Origin: Eledone cirrhosa
Taxonomy: Eukaryota
Length of the DNA: 64,000 nucleotides
Direction: 5' to 3'
Assembly (NCBI GenBank): GCA_964016885.1
Contig: OZ024748.1
Coordinates: 50,406,001-50,470,000, forward strand
Within the stretch, counting starts at the first letter, position 1; each line of letters begins with the position of its first letter. The notes beneath the pieces were generated by a model that saw only the letters and a list, made by a program, of their open reading frames with translations, was not told the DNA's origin and did no database searches. This document shows positions 45,118 to 58,781 of the stretch, one piece after another. The position numbers and the translations under genes are program-made.

Positions 45118-45530
45118 TGGTGGCTGCCAACTCGTTTTCGAGTACGGCCACTACTTTATATCCATGTGGGAGAATTCCTACCGATGCGCTGAACGAGTGT
45201 GATTTTTAGTCCAGCCAGCGACTTGAAAACTCTGGTACAAACGCTACACTTGGGACAATTACTGACACATAGTGCTGGGCCCATGGTACCATGTGACGAC
45301 AAGTGCAGAGAGATCTCCAGATATAAAGCAATGCCTGTGCCGTGAAGCTTTTATAGTTAGCAAAGGCACTGCACAAAGCCAGTCCCACTCTCTTAACCCA
45401 GATGATATTTACCAAAAAGAAGAACAAGTCAACATCTTTGGATACCATCAGGGTTGCAGGTGTTATATCAGAGTTTTCCTTCTCCTAGAATTCTGCCTTG
45501 ACAAAGGCTAAGGGGTCATCTCTCCCGGAT
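45118..45530 (-). mobile_element. Short RTE-like LINE derivative (putative 5' UTR joined to 3' end)
   Basis: Minus strand: ctaggagaaggaaaactctg near the start; C2H2 remnant CSVCTRVFKSLAGLK..HTRSAHR*; tail ggccgtactcgaaaacgagttggcagcc. Confidence 0.6.
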
Positions 45531-45640
45531 ATATATACATACATATGTATACATATATATACATACATACGAACATGCATACATACTTACATACATACGA
45601 ACATACATACATACATACATACATACATACATACATACAT

Positions 45641-46490
45641 GATGGCTGCCCCCTCGTTATCGAGTATGGCCATTGCACGAGAAAAATAAATTATATATAT
45701 TAATAACAATAATAATAATAATTGTTTCTACTTTAGGCACAAAGCCAGCAATTACCCAGTGCATTACTGGTACTTTATTTTATCGACCCCATAAGGATGA
45801 AAGGCAAAGTAAACCTCGGCGGGATTTGAACTCAGACCGTAAAGGGACGTAACTATGCTGGAAAGCATAGCGTCCGACTCTCTACCGATACTGCCACATA
45901 ATGATAACAACAATAATAATAACGACAACAACAACAATAATAATATACATACATATATATACACACACGCACATAAACATATCTACACACACACACACGA
46001 TAGCAATTAACAACGCTTCGATCGAATGTGGCTTTTTAGCCCAGCCAATGATCTAAAATGTCTTCCACAGAGTCGGCAACCAAAACATTCACTGGGAATA
46101 GTCGGCTGTGGTTGGAGTTCATGTACTTGTGCATGTCGTTTGAGCCCTCCTGCTGATTTACATTCTCTACCACATACGAACATACATACATAGATACAAA
46201 CATGCATACATACTTACATACATACGAACATACAAACATACATACATACATATATACATACATATATACATATATACATACATATATACATACATACATA
46301 TATACATACATATATACATACATACATATAAAAGCGCAGCTCCCTAATTCATAGTCTGCAAATGGCTGCGATAGCTGGCACCTTCAAAATTTGCAAAACA
46401 TTCTTGCGATTCAAGGGATGACAATTTCTTTTCTTTTACAACCTTGCCACCAGGAAGGTGGCCGGTCAAAAAAATATACTCGAAATTAAG
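45641..46490 (-). mobile_element. RTE-like LINE 3' end with two C2H2 fingers, interrupted by a SINE and microsatellites
   Basis: CGRECKSAGGLKRHAQVH...CRLCGRHFRSLAGLKSHIRSKRC* at 46007-46170. The tail ggccatactcgataacgagggggcagccatc (45641-45683) is identical at 46866-46908. Confidence 0.7.
45718..45897 (-). mobile_element. SINE family 1 inserted in (AAT)n
   Basis: Family consensus on the - strand. Confidence 0.9.
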
Positions 46491-46941
46491 AGAAAGAGAA
46501 AACATACATACATACATACATACATACGAACATACATACATAGATACAAACATGCATTCATACATACACACAATCATACATACATATAATCATACATACG
46601 TACGAACAAGCATGCATACATACATACGTGCGTACATATATACGTACATACATACACACGTACATACATACATCCATACATACATACAAACATACTTACA
46701 TACGTGCGTACATACATACAATCATACATGCATATATATAATCATACGTACATACCTACGAACATGCATTTATACATACATATATACATATACATTTATA
46801 CATATGTAAACAAAGAAACATACGCCCATACATACATGCATACATACATGCCTACATACATATATGATGGCTGCCCCCTCGTTATCGAGTATGGCCATTG
46901 CACGAGAAGAAAAAAAAAAAAAAAAAAAATAAATAAAATAA

Positions 46942-47016
<75 letters not shown>

Positions 47017-47107
47017 TATACATACATTCATTCATGTATGCATACATATATGCATACATGTATACATACAGACATACAGACACATACAAATATATATACG
47101 CTCATAT

Positions 47108-47292
47108 AATAATTGTTTTTACTTTTGGCACAAGGCCAGCTATAACCCCAGTATATTACTGGTACTTTATTTTATCGACCCCGTAATGATGAAAGGCAAA
47201 GTTAACCTCGGTGGGATTTGAACACAGAATGGTAAGGGCCGTAACTCAATGAGTCAAAGCATGGCGTCCGACCCTCTATCGATACTGCCAAT
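47108..47292 (-). mobile_element. SINE family 1
   Basis: Family consensus on the - strand. Confidence 0.9.
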
Positions 47293-47412
47293 ACATTCAT
47301 ACATATATATACATATATATACATACATTCATTCATGTATGCATACATACATATATGCATACATGTATACATACAGACATGCAGACACATACAAATATAT
47401 ATACGCTCATAT

Positions 47413-47606
47413 AATAATTGTTTCTACTTTTGGCACAAGGCCAGCCATTACTCAGTGCATTACTGGTACTTTATTTTATCGACCCCATAAGGATGAAAGG
47501 CAAAGTAAACCTCGGCGGGATTTGAACTCAGATCATAAAGGGGCGTAACTCTATGCTGCAAAGCATGGCATCCGACCCTCTACCGATACTGCCAATCCAC
47601 CGCCCC
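47413..47606 (-). mobile_element. SINE family 1, full length
   Basis: Family consensus on the - strand including the ggggcggtggattggcag head. Confidence 0.9.
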
Positions 47607-47889
47607 TACACCGCCCAATCCACTTATATAATAATGTGTACAGTACTCAGAAGCATTATAACTCACCAAAAGTGCATGTATATTACAAAGACTAATGTAC
47701 AAATGGCAGGAAAATGAACAGTGTATGGGTCATGATATATCATAAATTTGATATTATATGAGATAATTATGTAAGTCTTTACTGTGAAAATACAATAGTA
47801 TGTATAGAATAATGCAAATACTAAAGGGTTAATGTATCCATGTCAAGGGAAGCAAGGCGTTCAGATTATGGTAGATGCCTGATTGGGGA

Positions 47890-49210
47890 CATTTTTTTGG
47901 TTGCATGTCTCTGAACAGATTCCAGGAGATAAATATTCTGATCAAGATCGGGATTACAGACTGATGATACAAACCCTAAGTGTGGCCACACCATAGCTAT
48001 ATACAGCTTTACATAGATATCTGGAGAGCGGCTGACAAATGTCTTACTAAGATACCCTCAGCTTTCTTGAAAATTTTAGAAATGTGCTTTGTCCAACACC
48101 AACCGCTGTTGATAATAATGCCCAGGTCACGTTAACAAGAAGACTTCTTGAGATTGGTGTTGTGGAGGGAGTATGTGAAAGCTGGGTTTTTTCATCTCAA
48201 AATTCATGGTGGTACACTTGCCCACAGTCAGTTTGAGTTACCAGTGCGTATTCCATTGCTGGATTGTGCCCAGATCTCATTGCAGGAAAGATCTATAGCG
48301 TACAGTATCTGTCCTTTTTATCACAAGGTACAGTTTGATGTCACCTGCATATTTCAGCACTGTGGCATTATTCAAGTTGGCATCTATATCATTAATATAT
48401 GCAACAAACAAAAGGGGACGAAGAACAGATCCCTGTGGTGCTAGATGTCATCCGAAAGGATGAAAAATGCTGTCCTAGAACCATGACTACTTTTTTTCGA
48501 CTGAGAATGAAGGAAATCAACCAGTTATAAGGATCATCTCTTACACCCATTGCAGACGGGTTTGCTATAAATCTTTTCTGTAGCACAGAATTAAAATCTT
48601 TAGCAAAATTAAGATCAATAATATCAACCCATGAGCCGCCATCACTGATTCGGTAATGTCTTCTCGGAAACTCGATTGTTGACCACAGGAGCTGGAGTTA
48701 GGGATAAATCTAAATTGCGAGGACCAGATAAGGTTGTAAGATTCCAGAAGTTCCAGAGTGTTTCTCAGTCACAGAACACCATCAGTTTATCGATGCAGCT
48801 GTTAAGACTGACTGGAGGTTACTTGACAAGTGACATGCAATCACCCTCTTTGAACGGAGGAATGACGCTGGCAGTTTTCCACTGCTCTGGGGGTAACTCC
48901 GTTGTTAAGGCAGAATTGGAACTAGATTGAAAGCTGGTGCAGAAGAAAGTTCTCACTACGTTTGAGAAGCTGGTACGTACCACCCTCAAGACCAGGAGAG
49001 GCATAGTTGCCCTTGAGGTGGCATCGCAGCATTGCAGGTGTAAATGCAATAGTTGCTGTAGGATTTGATGTCAGAGATGGTGGAGATGGTACAGTAATCC
49101 AACATGTGTGGGGATTGCGAAGAGGACCAACTGGAGAGTGAGGTCTCTGCTTTGAACGTACATATTTCCAGAACACTATGCTATCAGGGTTGGTTGATAT
49201 ACGCTGTTCA
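47890..49210 (-). pseudogene. Decayed CR1/L2-type LINE reverse transcriptase
   Basis: FWKYVRSK, LPPEQWKTASVIPPFKEG, VDIIDLNFAKDFNSV, PQGSVLRPLLFVAYIND, YAGDIKLY, RDLGIII; contains frameshifts. Confidence 0.88.
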
Positions 49211-49850
49211 TATATACTTACATTCATACATACGTATACAATCATACATGCGTACATCAATATATACATACATTCATAATGTATATACGCATGCTTACAT
49301 ACAAAAATACATTAGTATATAGATACATCCATCCACCCATCCATACATACATCCATCCATCCACCCATACATACATACATACATACATACATCCATCCAT
49401 CCATCCATCCATAAATACATACATACACACATTCATATTTATGTACCAGTTTTATTTGATTCGATTTTTATTTATTGTTGCATATTCTTTATAATTTATT
49501 TAAAATGTCTTCCAACATACATATTTGTAGAACCTGAACTGACGTTGTGAACACTTTGGACACGTCCCGTACCATATGTAATTAGAGCTCACCCACATTC
49601 ATTTGATAAGTAATAAATATATAACAATTAGTTTGACACTCATAAAACTTCGCAAACATATACACTTGCACATATGTATTTCTATATCTATTTATATATA
49701 TATATATAGTGTCCCCAAAATCTGTATACACACTTTCAGACGATTTATTAGAATCCTTTTGAAGTGTGCATACATTTGCTGGGCGGTGGCATCCTGTATA
49801 TATAAATGTGTGTTGTGTTTGTGTGTATGTGTGAAAGGGAGAGAGAGAGA

Positions 49851-49956
<106 letters not shown>

Positions 49957-50864
49957 CCGAGTGCGTACATGCACGTTTGTATGTAACACAACAAGTAAAA
50001 GCCACAGAGTAAAACAACACAATACTGTATATTTATTTAATGCCTTATATAGATAGTTGGCGAAAATATTACCGTTTTGTATGTGAGTCCTTCGTCGGGA
50101 AATAGTGAAGGAGGAAAGTAAAGTTGTTTGAAGAGAAACGTAAATGGAAATCAACTGAGAATAAAACAAAAAACATGGCTACCTTTAAGCAAACTCAGGT
50201 TTGGTAAACAGTTGATATTTCAATATAAACATGTAGTTACATGTTACATTCAAATACCAATATATTCTCTTTTTTATAATGTATATAATGCTAGCAAATA
50301 CTTATTAAATACTATCTAGTTTACGAATATTCGTTGATTTTAGTAATTTTTAGGAATATTTTTAGAAGATATTTGCTGAACGTCTCTATAATCTTAAATA
50401 CATTTTTTTAAAAAGCACGAAAACATTGAAAAAATATTCTCTAATACGATATCTCTTTTTATTGTTAAGATTCGTTTCCTTTGTTGTTGTTGTTGTTGTT
50501 GTTGTTTTTTAGATAACTTAAAAAACTGAGTCTACACAAATCAACAACAACAAGGTAAACAAGACATAAATAAATAAATGAAAGCGTTGATGAAATTAAA
50601 TAAATGGTATTTGCCATTATTTCTAATAAGTAAAGTGTAATGTTAGAGGTGAAATAGATAAAGATCTAGTTATGAGATTTTATACAACTTGCCGAAATTC
50701 CGAAGTGTAAGGTGTGTGGCAGATGTAAAATAGATAATGATCAATTCATAAGATATTCACAACTTTTTCTTGTTCAACTAAAATAACAAAAGAATCGACA
50801 AAAATCTCAATAAATGTAAACAACAATTATATATATTTATATTTATACGCACACTCACACACAA

Positions 50865-50904
<40 letters not shown>

Positions 50905-51797
50905 TATATATTATAACAAATATTGCCGGAAGGTGGAATTGAACTTGGCGTGTTAAGATGAAATACAAACAGCGAAACTAATAGTTTTTAATTTGTGACG
51001 AGAATACAGAAACAAACAATAGAACAACATTTACTTAATTTTATTTCTTTTGTTGTGATGTTATTGTTTTGTTGCTCTTGATTCACTTATTTAACAGCAA
51101 AATAAAAAAAAATGTCTGATTTGTATCTGACGAGATATTTAACAGCAAATACAATGAAAGAAAGCCTGAAACTTTAATTACCTGACTGTCTACACGGGGA
51201 TGGAGTGGTGGCATCGATGGTATAAGCAAGAATAATGAACAAGTAATGACACATAATGACACAAACACACATACACACACACATACACACACACAAGCAC
51301 ACACACATACATACACACACACACACCGTCATATTTTTTTCTGTAGAAGTATAAGAATGAATTCTATACTAGAACTGTTTCATTCCTATGGTGATTTCAT
51401 ACGAACGAAACAGAGCTAGTCATGTAGAAATCATTTCTATATGAAATAAAACATTCTTATACTCTAACAGTGTATTGAGTACCTTTTTTTGAACACGGAA
51501 TGTCCCCCTATACAACTCCGGACCCTACATTACATATATATAATTATTGTTATATTTGGGGAGGGTCATATTTTATCATATTGCCAGAAATATAACAATA
51601 TCTGTTTCAACACACGATTTCATATAAAAAACCTCGCAAAAAAAAAAAAATAATAATATATATACACACACACACACGCCCCCCCCCCCACATATATATA
51701 TATGTGAATTTACCACCCCAGCGGAAGTGACTGCTTTCTGTTTCTGCACGTGCGTATTCATACGGTTGTTTTTTTTCTTTCCATACATCATTTACAG

Positions 51798-51836
51798 CGA
51801 GCTGAGGATCCGAATAAGGTGAAACATTTGTTCTCG
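51798..51836 (+). ncRNA. Compact type I hammerhead motif
   Basis: cgag-CTGAGGA-t-cc-gaataa-gg-t-GAA-ACA-tt-TGT-T-ctcg. The downstream sequence is homologous to the - strand of 17500-17545. Confidence 0.65.
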
Positions 51837-51863
51837 GTATGGTGAACTAACTGCTGTGGAACT

Positions 51864-51949
<86 letters not shown>

Positions 51950-52715
51950 ATTTAAGGAGCTATACGGAAGAAGATAGAGACGGTTATAAACGACTCTTAT
52001 AGACTATTAAAGCCTTGTGCGATTTGAATTTTGAAAATGTGGGAATCCCAAACGAAGAAAACATCTGTAACAACAGTTTTCTCTATAATTATTAGCTACT
52101 CTGGCATATTTCGATTTTCCGTAACGGCTGATGGTCACTCTCTCATATCTCTTCCGGTATTTTACTCAATTTTTAAAGCTGTTGTTACATATATTTTCTG
52201 TCTCTGGGTTTCCCACATATTTCAAATAACCCAGAACTTTGGTAATTTATAAATACGTTTAAGCTGACTCCAGTCGTAAGCTGTTCGCGATAGCTACATA
52301 AATTTGACGTATATTTTGTCAGCTACCACTTGGCGTAAATAGTAGCGCACTGGCCGATATTCACCAGACATGCAGTTCGATTCTCCGTATCGACTGCTGG
52401 CCACTTGTTTTATATGTAAATAAAATTGCTTGTGATTTACCTTTAACATAGTTTCAAGTGTGATATACCATTCGCAACTCCACATTTCTAGATTTGAAAG
52501 ACTTCAACCTTTCAGGTACATCAAGTAAAAACGCCATGCCAATTGAGAGATGAAAGGTAACAAAGACTTTGATGACATAACATCTATGTATGTTGTAATG
52601 CGTTGTAGAATACGAGAGAGAAAAACTGAGAGAAAAGGAATAAAGAGTTAAAGAAATTGATACACCACTTCAAGGATTAGAATGAGAAAGTGGGCATGTG
52701 CGTAAAAAGAACTAA

Positions 52716-53037
52716 AGGTAAAGACCCCCTTCCGTCACGAATGACTATAGGATTTGCATCTAGAAAGTTCCTCTCCGATTCACAAGTCTAGGTAATGGTG
52801 TTGGTCGAAGACCAGCAGTTGCCCATGCATACCAGACTCCCCTCTCCACGCCTCAAATCTTGTCCAAAAGAAAGGCAAAAACCGATACAGATTGGCACCA
52901 GTGACGTCGCAACTCATTTCTACAACTGAGTGAACTTGAGAAACGTGAAATAAAGTCTCTTGTTCAGGAACATAACGCAAAGCCCCGTCGGAGAATCGAA
53001 CTCACGTCTCACGATTGTAAGCTAGATGATCTAATCA
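52716..53037 (-). mobile_element. SINE family 2
   Basis: Reverse-complement homology to 24808-25125. Confidence 0.85.
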
Positions 53038-53985
53038 GTGTATAAAGAAAAAAAAAACAGTTTGTTTAAATGTTGAACCAGCATTACATTACCAAAGTAT
53101 GTGGCTCATTCCACAGTGTTTACAGTCAACCATGAAATGGATATATTTCATTTGTAAGTAAAATAACAACAAATATTAACACAATATTGATATCTAATTT
53201 CTTAATGACGTGTATTTAGAAGTTTTCCAATGTCCAGACATCCATCTATGTAGTTATCTCCCCTTTTACACATATATTCTTCTATTCTCAATTTTACACA
53301 TACATTCCTCTATTCACACTCATGCATGTGAATACATTTTAATATATTTATAGGAATCACAGTAAGTTTTGACAGTGCAATCTCACAGGTATACATATAT
53401 TATACTGTATTATTTACTTTATTGTTTCCCCATTTACTTTCCACACACACACACACACGCACACACACACATACATATATAGTCATAATCACCTACATAA
53501 TTCTTCCAATCAACATTAAAATTATAATTCTTGTCATAAATTTCTTCCCCTTCTCCTCCTCCTTATCCTCCTCCGAATACCCCCCCCCCCCCACACTCCG
53601 CATTCTCATTTCCCTCCTCCTCTCCTTCCTCCTCCTGTACCAACACTTCCACATACTATTTATCATCATCATTGTTACCATCGTCAACACCATCATCATC
53701 ATCATCATCATCACTATATGTCTATTAATGATATCTATAGATCTATTGATAAATGTTTGCAAATCGGCTGTTTTAGACTTTATTATTGTCCATTGTTTGG
53801 TTTTCCTTTCACTAAAGCATTGCCTACCTACCATGAATATTCCGCTTGGTCAATATATATAAGTATTAATAGAAAAAAATACACGATTTATCTTTGGTTA
53901 ATCAACACTCATTTCTGGTATTAATAACTTGTTTTGTAATTGTTGCGGAACATAGCTTTATCAGAGGTTACACATTTCAAACCTG

Positions 53986-54069
<84 letters not shown>

Positions 54070-54954
54070 TGAGAGAGAGATAGAGATGTTGGCATTATTA
54101 TTTTGTAATTACTGTTCGGTTGGCTGTATCACATCGGATGTACAATATTAACAATGAAATGATGTACGCATTTATATATATATGCATATGCATATTATCG
54201 TGTACAAACACATTTATACATACATATGCAGTCACACATTTTTAGTACCATTGATATTAATATATAAATGTACATGTATATGTATGATATATATATATAT
54301 ATTATATATATATATGTATATATATATATATGTATATATAGAGAGAGAGATAGAGAGGGAGAGAGCGAGAGAGAGAGAGAGAGAGTTATAATGAGAACAA
54401 GATAGATTGACCATTGTATGCACATATGTGTTTACCTCTCACTTGTAAGTTAATATCTGATGTATATGATTTACCTGAAAAATTTATGTTTTAATAAGTA
54501 GCCAATTCATAGAGGTGTTAGGGTATCAGATAAAATACTTTGTTGTGACTTTTTATTCGATACTTATCCTTTAAGAATCGACATTCCTTTGAGAAACGAT
54601 CAACATATGTCATTAAAACAAATTGTTAAAATATTAGACAGGATAAACCTTAATTGGATACAGAAGAGACAGAAAACCAATGATTGAAAGCCGACAATGT
54701 ATCTATCGCTTACTAGTGATCAGCAGTGTGAATTTCCTAGTAAGCACCACCTAGCGGTGTTGTCTCATTTTACTCAAAATTGTTTGTTAATAACAACGAA
54801 AGCAACAACAATAGAAACACTAACAATGAAATAAACATCAGTTGATATGATAGTCAAATATAGTTGTGAGTTTACTCCCAAACAATACTGTAGTGTCCGA
54901 TATAAGGACAAATTGCTTAATCTAACACGGCTTGGTATTATTTCTTATTGGCAG

Positions 54955-55500
54955 TGGTGGTGAATTGGCAGTATCGGTAGATAGTTGGACGCCATGCTTT
55001 CTAGCATCGTTACGTCCCTTTACAGTCTGAGTTCAAATCCCGCCGAGGTTAACTTTGCCTTTCATCCTTACGGGGGTCGATAAAATAAAGTACCAGTAAT
55101 GTACTGGGTAATTGCTGGCCTTGTGCCTAAAGTAGAAACAATTATTTCTTATTGGCAGTATCGATAGAACGTCGGGTACCCTGCTTCGTGGCGGAGAGTT
55201 TGAGCACTTTACGTTCTGGTTTCAAATGCCGCCTTTCACCCTTACGGGGTCGATACAATAAAGTACCAGTAAGTACCGGAGTCTATTTAATCTACTTTTT
55301 CATCCTCCACAAAAAATGCTGGCCTTGTGCCTAGAGTAGAAATCGTGATTTACAGCATTGAGTTATGGCGTTCAAATCGTTCTGAGTTCAAATCCTGCCG
55401 AGATTAACTTTGCCTTTCATCCTTACGGGGTCGATAAAATAAAGTACCAGTAATATACTGGGTGTTTGCTGGCCTTGTGCCAAAAGTAGAAACAATTATT
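54955..55500 (+). mobile_element. Three stacked SINE family 1 copies (54955-55145, 55153-55345, ~55360-55500)
   Basis: Repeated cores. 19-bp TSD attatttcttattggcagt at 54937-54955 / 55141-55159, and attatttctta again after the last copy. Confidence 0.88.
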
Positions 55501-55899
55501 TCTTAAAAGGATTCTTTTTCCCTCACATGTCAAGACGAGCGGTGTCGACATGAAGCTTAAACAACAACAAAACAACTGACTATTGCAATTTATATCTTTT
55601 GTTCTTCTTATTCTTTGTACTTGTGGGATTTTTATCATTTAGTTTCTTCTATTTTTCTTTCTTAATCTTTCAATCTTTCTTTTCTCTCGCTCTTTTCCAT
55701 TTTCAGATCATTGTTTGTATATTTTTTATTGTTTCTTTCCTTCATTTATCTCATTCTATTCTTCCTTCTTACATTTTACTAATTTTCTTTCCTTCTTGCC
55801 ACATTCATTTAATTATTTTTATTATTTTTTTCTAGATATTATTCAATCTTTATTTATATATTATATTCTTTTTCATTTCCTGTCTTTCTTTCATTTTTC

Positions 55900-57278
55900 T
55901 CTTTCATCATCTTCCTCTCTTTCATTACCTTCCTCTCTTTCATTACCTTCTCTCTTTCATTACCTTCCACTCTTTCATTCACCTTCTCTCTTTCATTACC
56001 TTCTCTCTTTCATTACCTTCTCTCTTTCATTCACCTTCTCTCTTTCATTACCTTCTTCTTTCATTACCTTCCTCTCTTTCATTACCTTCTCTCGTTCATT
56101 CACCTTCTCTCTTTCATTCACCTTCTCTCTTTCATTACCTTCTCTGTTTCATTACCTTCCTCTCTTTCATTACCTTCTCTCGTTCATTCACCTTCTCTCT
56201 TTCATTCACCTTCTCTCTTTCATTACCTTCTCTCTTTCATTACCTTCTCTCTTTCATTACCTTCCTCTCTTTCATTTACCATCTCTCTTTCATTACCTCC
56301 CACTCTTTCATTACCTTCCTCTCTTTCATTATCTTCCTCTCTTTTATTACCTTCCTCTCTTTCATTACCTTCTCTCGTTCAATCACCTTCTCTCTTTCAT
56401 TCACCTTCTCTCTTTCATTACCTTCTCTCTTTCATTACCTTCTCTCTTTCATTACCTTCTCTCGTTCATTCACCTTCTCTCTTTCATTCACCTTCTCTCT
56501 TTCATTACCTTCTCTCTTTCATTACCTTCTCTCTTTCATTACCCTCCTCTCTTTCATTTACCATCTCTCTTTCATTACCTCTCACTCTTTCATTACCTTC
56601 TCTCTTTCAGCACCTTCTCTCTTTCATTACCGTCTCTCTTTCATTACCTTCTCTCTTTCATTACCTTCCACTCTTTCATTACCTTCCTCTCTTTCATTAC
56701 TTTTTCTCTTTCTATTACCTACCTCTCTTTCATTACCTTCCTCTCTTTCATTACCTTCTCTCTTTCATTACTTTCTCTCTTTTATTACCTTCCTCTCTTT
56801 TATTACCTTCCTCTCTTTTATTACCTTCCTCTCTTTTATTACCTTCCTCTCTTTCATTACCTTCTCTCTTTCATTCACCTTCTCTCTTTCATTACCTTCT
56901 CTCTTTCATTACTTTCTCTCTTTCATTACCTTCCTCTCTTTTATTACCTTCCTCTCTTTTATTACCTTCGTCTCTTTCATTACCTTCTCTCTTTCAGCAC
57001 CTTCTCTCTTTCATTACCGTCTCTCTTTCATTACCTTCTCTCTTTCATTACCTTCCACTCTTTCAATACCTTCCTCTTTTTCATTACCTTCTCTCTTTCA
57101 TTACCTTCCTCTCTTTCATTACCTTCTCTCTTTCTTTACATTCTCTCTTTCCTTCACCTTCTCTCTTTCATTCACCTTCTCTCTTTCATTACCTTCTCTC
57201 TTTCATTACCTTCCTCTCTTTCATTTACCTTCCTCTCTTTTATTACCTCCCACTCTTTCATTCACCTTCTCTCTTTCA
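55900..57278. repeat. Polypyrimidine minisatellite, unit ~18-19 bp (ctctctttcattaccttc)
   Basis: About 1.4 kb tandem array with variant units (ttcacc, ttttattacc, cagcacc). Confidence 0.95.
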
Positions 57279-57664
57279 CACTCTTTCTTCCATTCTTCTT
57301 CTCTTACTTACTTTTTTCTACACCTCAATCCGTAGTTTATAAATCTCACTCAATATCTATATTCCAAGACCCATTCTCCATTTTTTCCCCTCCAATCCAA
57401 ACTATGGTGCCATCTTTATTTTTATTTCTCTTTTATACTATTTTATTTTTCTCTATTTTAACTTTTGCCTCTGTTATTGCTCTTATTGTTGATGTTGAAG
57501 TCGTTGCTACAGTTATTGTTTTAAATTTTATTTTTACTTTCGATTTTATCTTAAATTTAATTTGTCCAGTTCTATATTTTTCGTAATTTTATTTTTTCTT
57601 GCATCAGAAATTGATATTTGTTGTTTTATCCCGTTTCTTTCAGCTTTTATCATTATTTTTATAA

Positions 57665-57870
57665 GGTTGGTGGTTTGGTAGTATCGGTAGTGTCAGACAC
57701 CCTACTTTGCGGTATAGAGTTAAGACTCTTTACGTTCTGAGTTCAAATCCTGCCGAGATTGCCTTTGCCTTTCATCCTTACGGGGTCGATAAAATAACGT
57801 ACCAGTAATGCACTAGGGTCGATTTAATCGACTTTCCCCTCCTGGCGTAGTGCCTAAATCAGGAGCCATT
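57665..57870 (+). mobile_element. Older SINE family 1 variant
   Basis: Core plus a gggtcgatttaatcgact segment. Confidence 0.85.
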
Positions 57871-58747
57871 ATTATTATTTTTATTACCATCATTTTATTT
57901 TTAACAAGACTTTTATTTTATATTCTTTTCTTTTCTTTTTTCTCCTCCAGAGAATTGCGTATTTAAATCTTCTTCTTTTTTATTATGAGTTTTGGGGTAT
58001 TTTTTTTTCCTTTTACATTTGTCTTCCAATATATTTTTATTTGGGTATTTACTGTGTGAAACTTTAAAAAAAGACATAAAAACAGAAAGAAAGAAAACAA
58101 ATCAAATGTATTATAAAAAATAAAAACAGAAAAAACAGAAATGATTTCAAAACATAAAGGAAAAAAAAGAATAAATATATATGAATGAAAATAAAAATAT
58201 ATGAATGAAAATAACTATATATAAATGAAAATATATATATATGAATGAACATAAATAAATTTAAAAAAAAATTAAAAGATAGAATAGTAAATTAAATCAA
58301 GAAAAAGTAATAAAAAAAGAATGGTAGAATGAGGGCATAGGTTTGTGAGAGGGTAAAACCCCAAAACACGGAGCTGTGGAAGAGCAATCTCTTCGAAGTG
58401 AAATAATTTTAAATGGCGAATGTCAAAGAAGGGACAGAAAGAACGGAAAAAAAATACCGTGACAGTGAGGAAGAGAAAGCAATAGATATGTGGAGAGGGT
58501 ACTAGAGAGCAAGGGAGAGAGAGATAGAGGGGGTAATAGAGAGCAAGGAAGAGAGAAAGAGAGGGAGAAAGCAAGGGAGAGAAAGAGAGGGAAACAGAGA
58601 GAGAGAGAGATTAGTATTAGTAAAAGAAAGACAATCAGAAGTGAGATATACACCAATTAAAAGTGTAAGAGAGACAAAAATAAAATGAAAATATGAGAGA
58701 AAGAGAGAGAGAGAGAGAGTGAGAAAGAGACAGAGAGAGTGATATTG

Positions 58748-58781
<34 letters not shown>

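Noticed and set aside
46007-46207. Two C2H2 zinc fingers suggesting a host zinc-finger gene
   Set aside because: There are no TGEKP linkers, the segment is bounded by microsatellite, and it matches the degenerate finger at ~45190-45260 and the shared retroelement tail. It is better explained as an RTE-like LINE C-terminus.
55715-57586. 623-aa ORF, the longest in the window
   Set aside because: It is a stop-free reading of a pyrimidine minisatellite and gives a repetitive LSF/HYL peptide.
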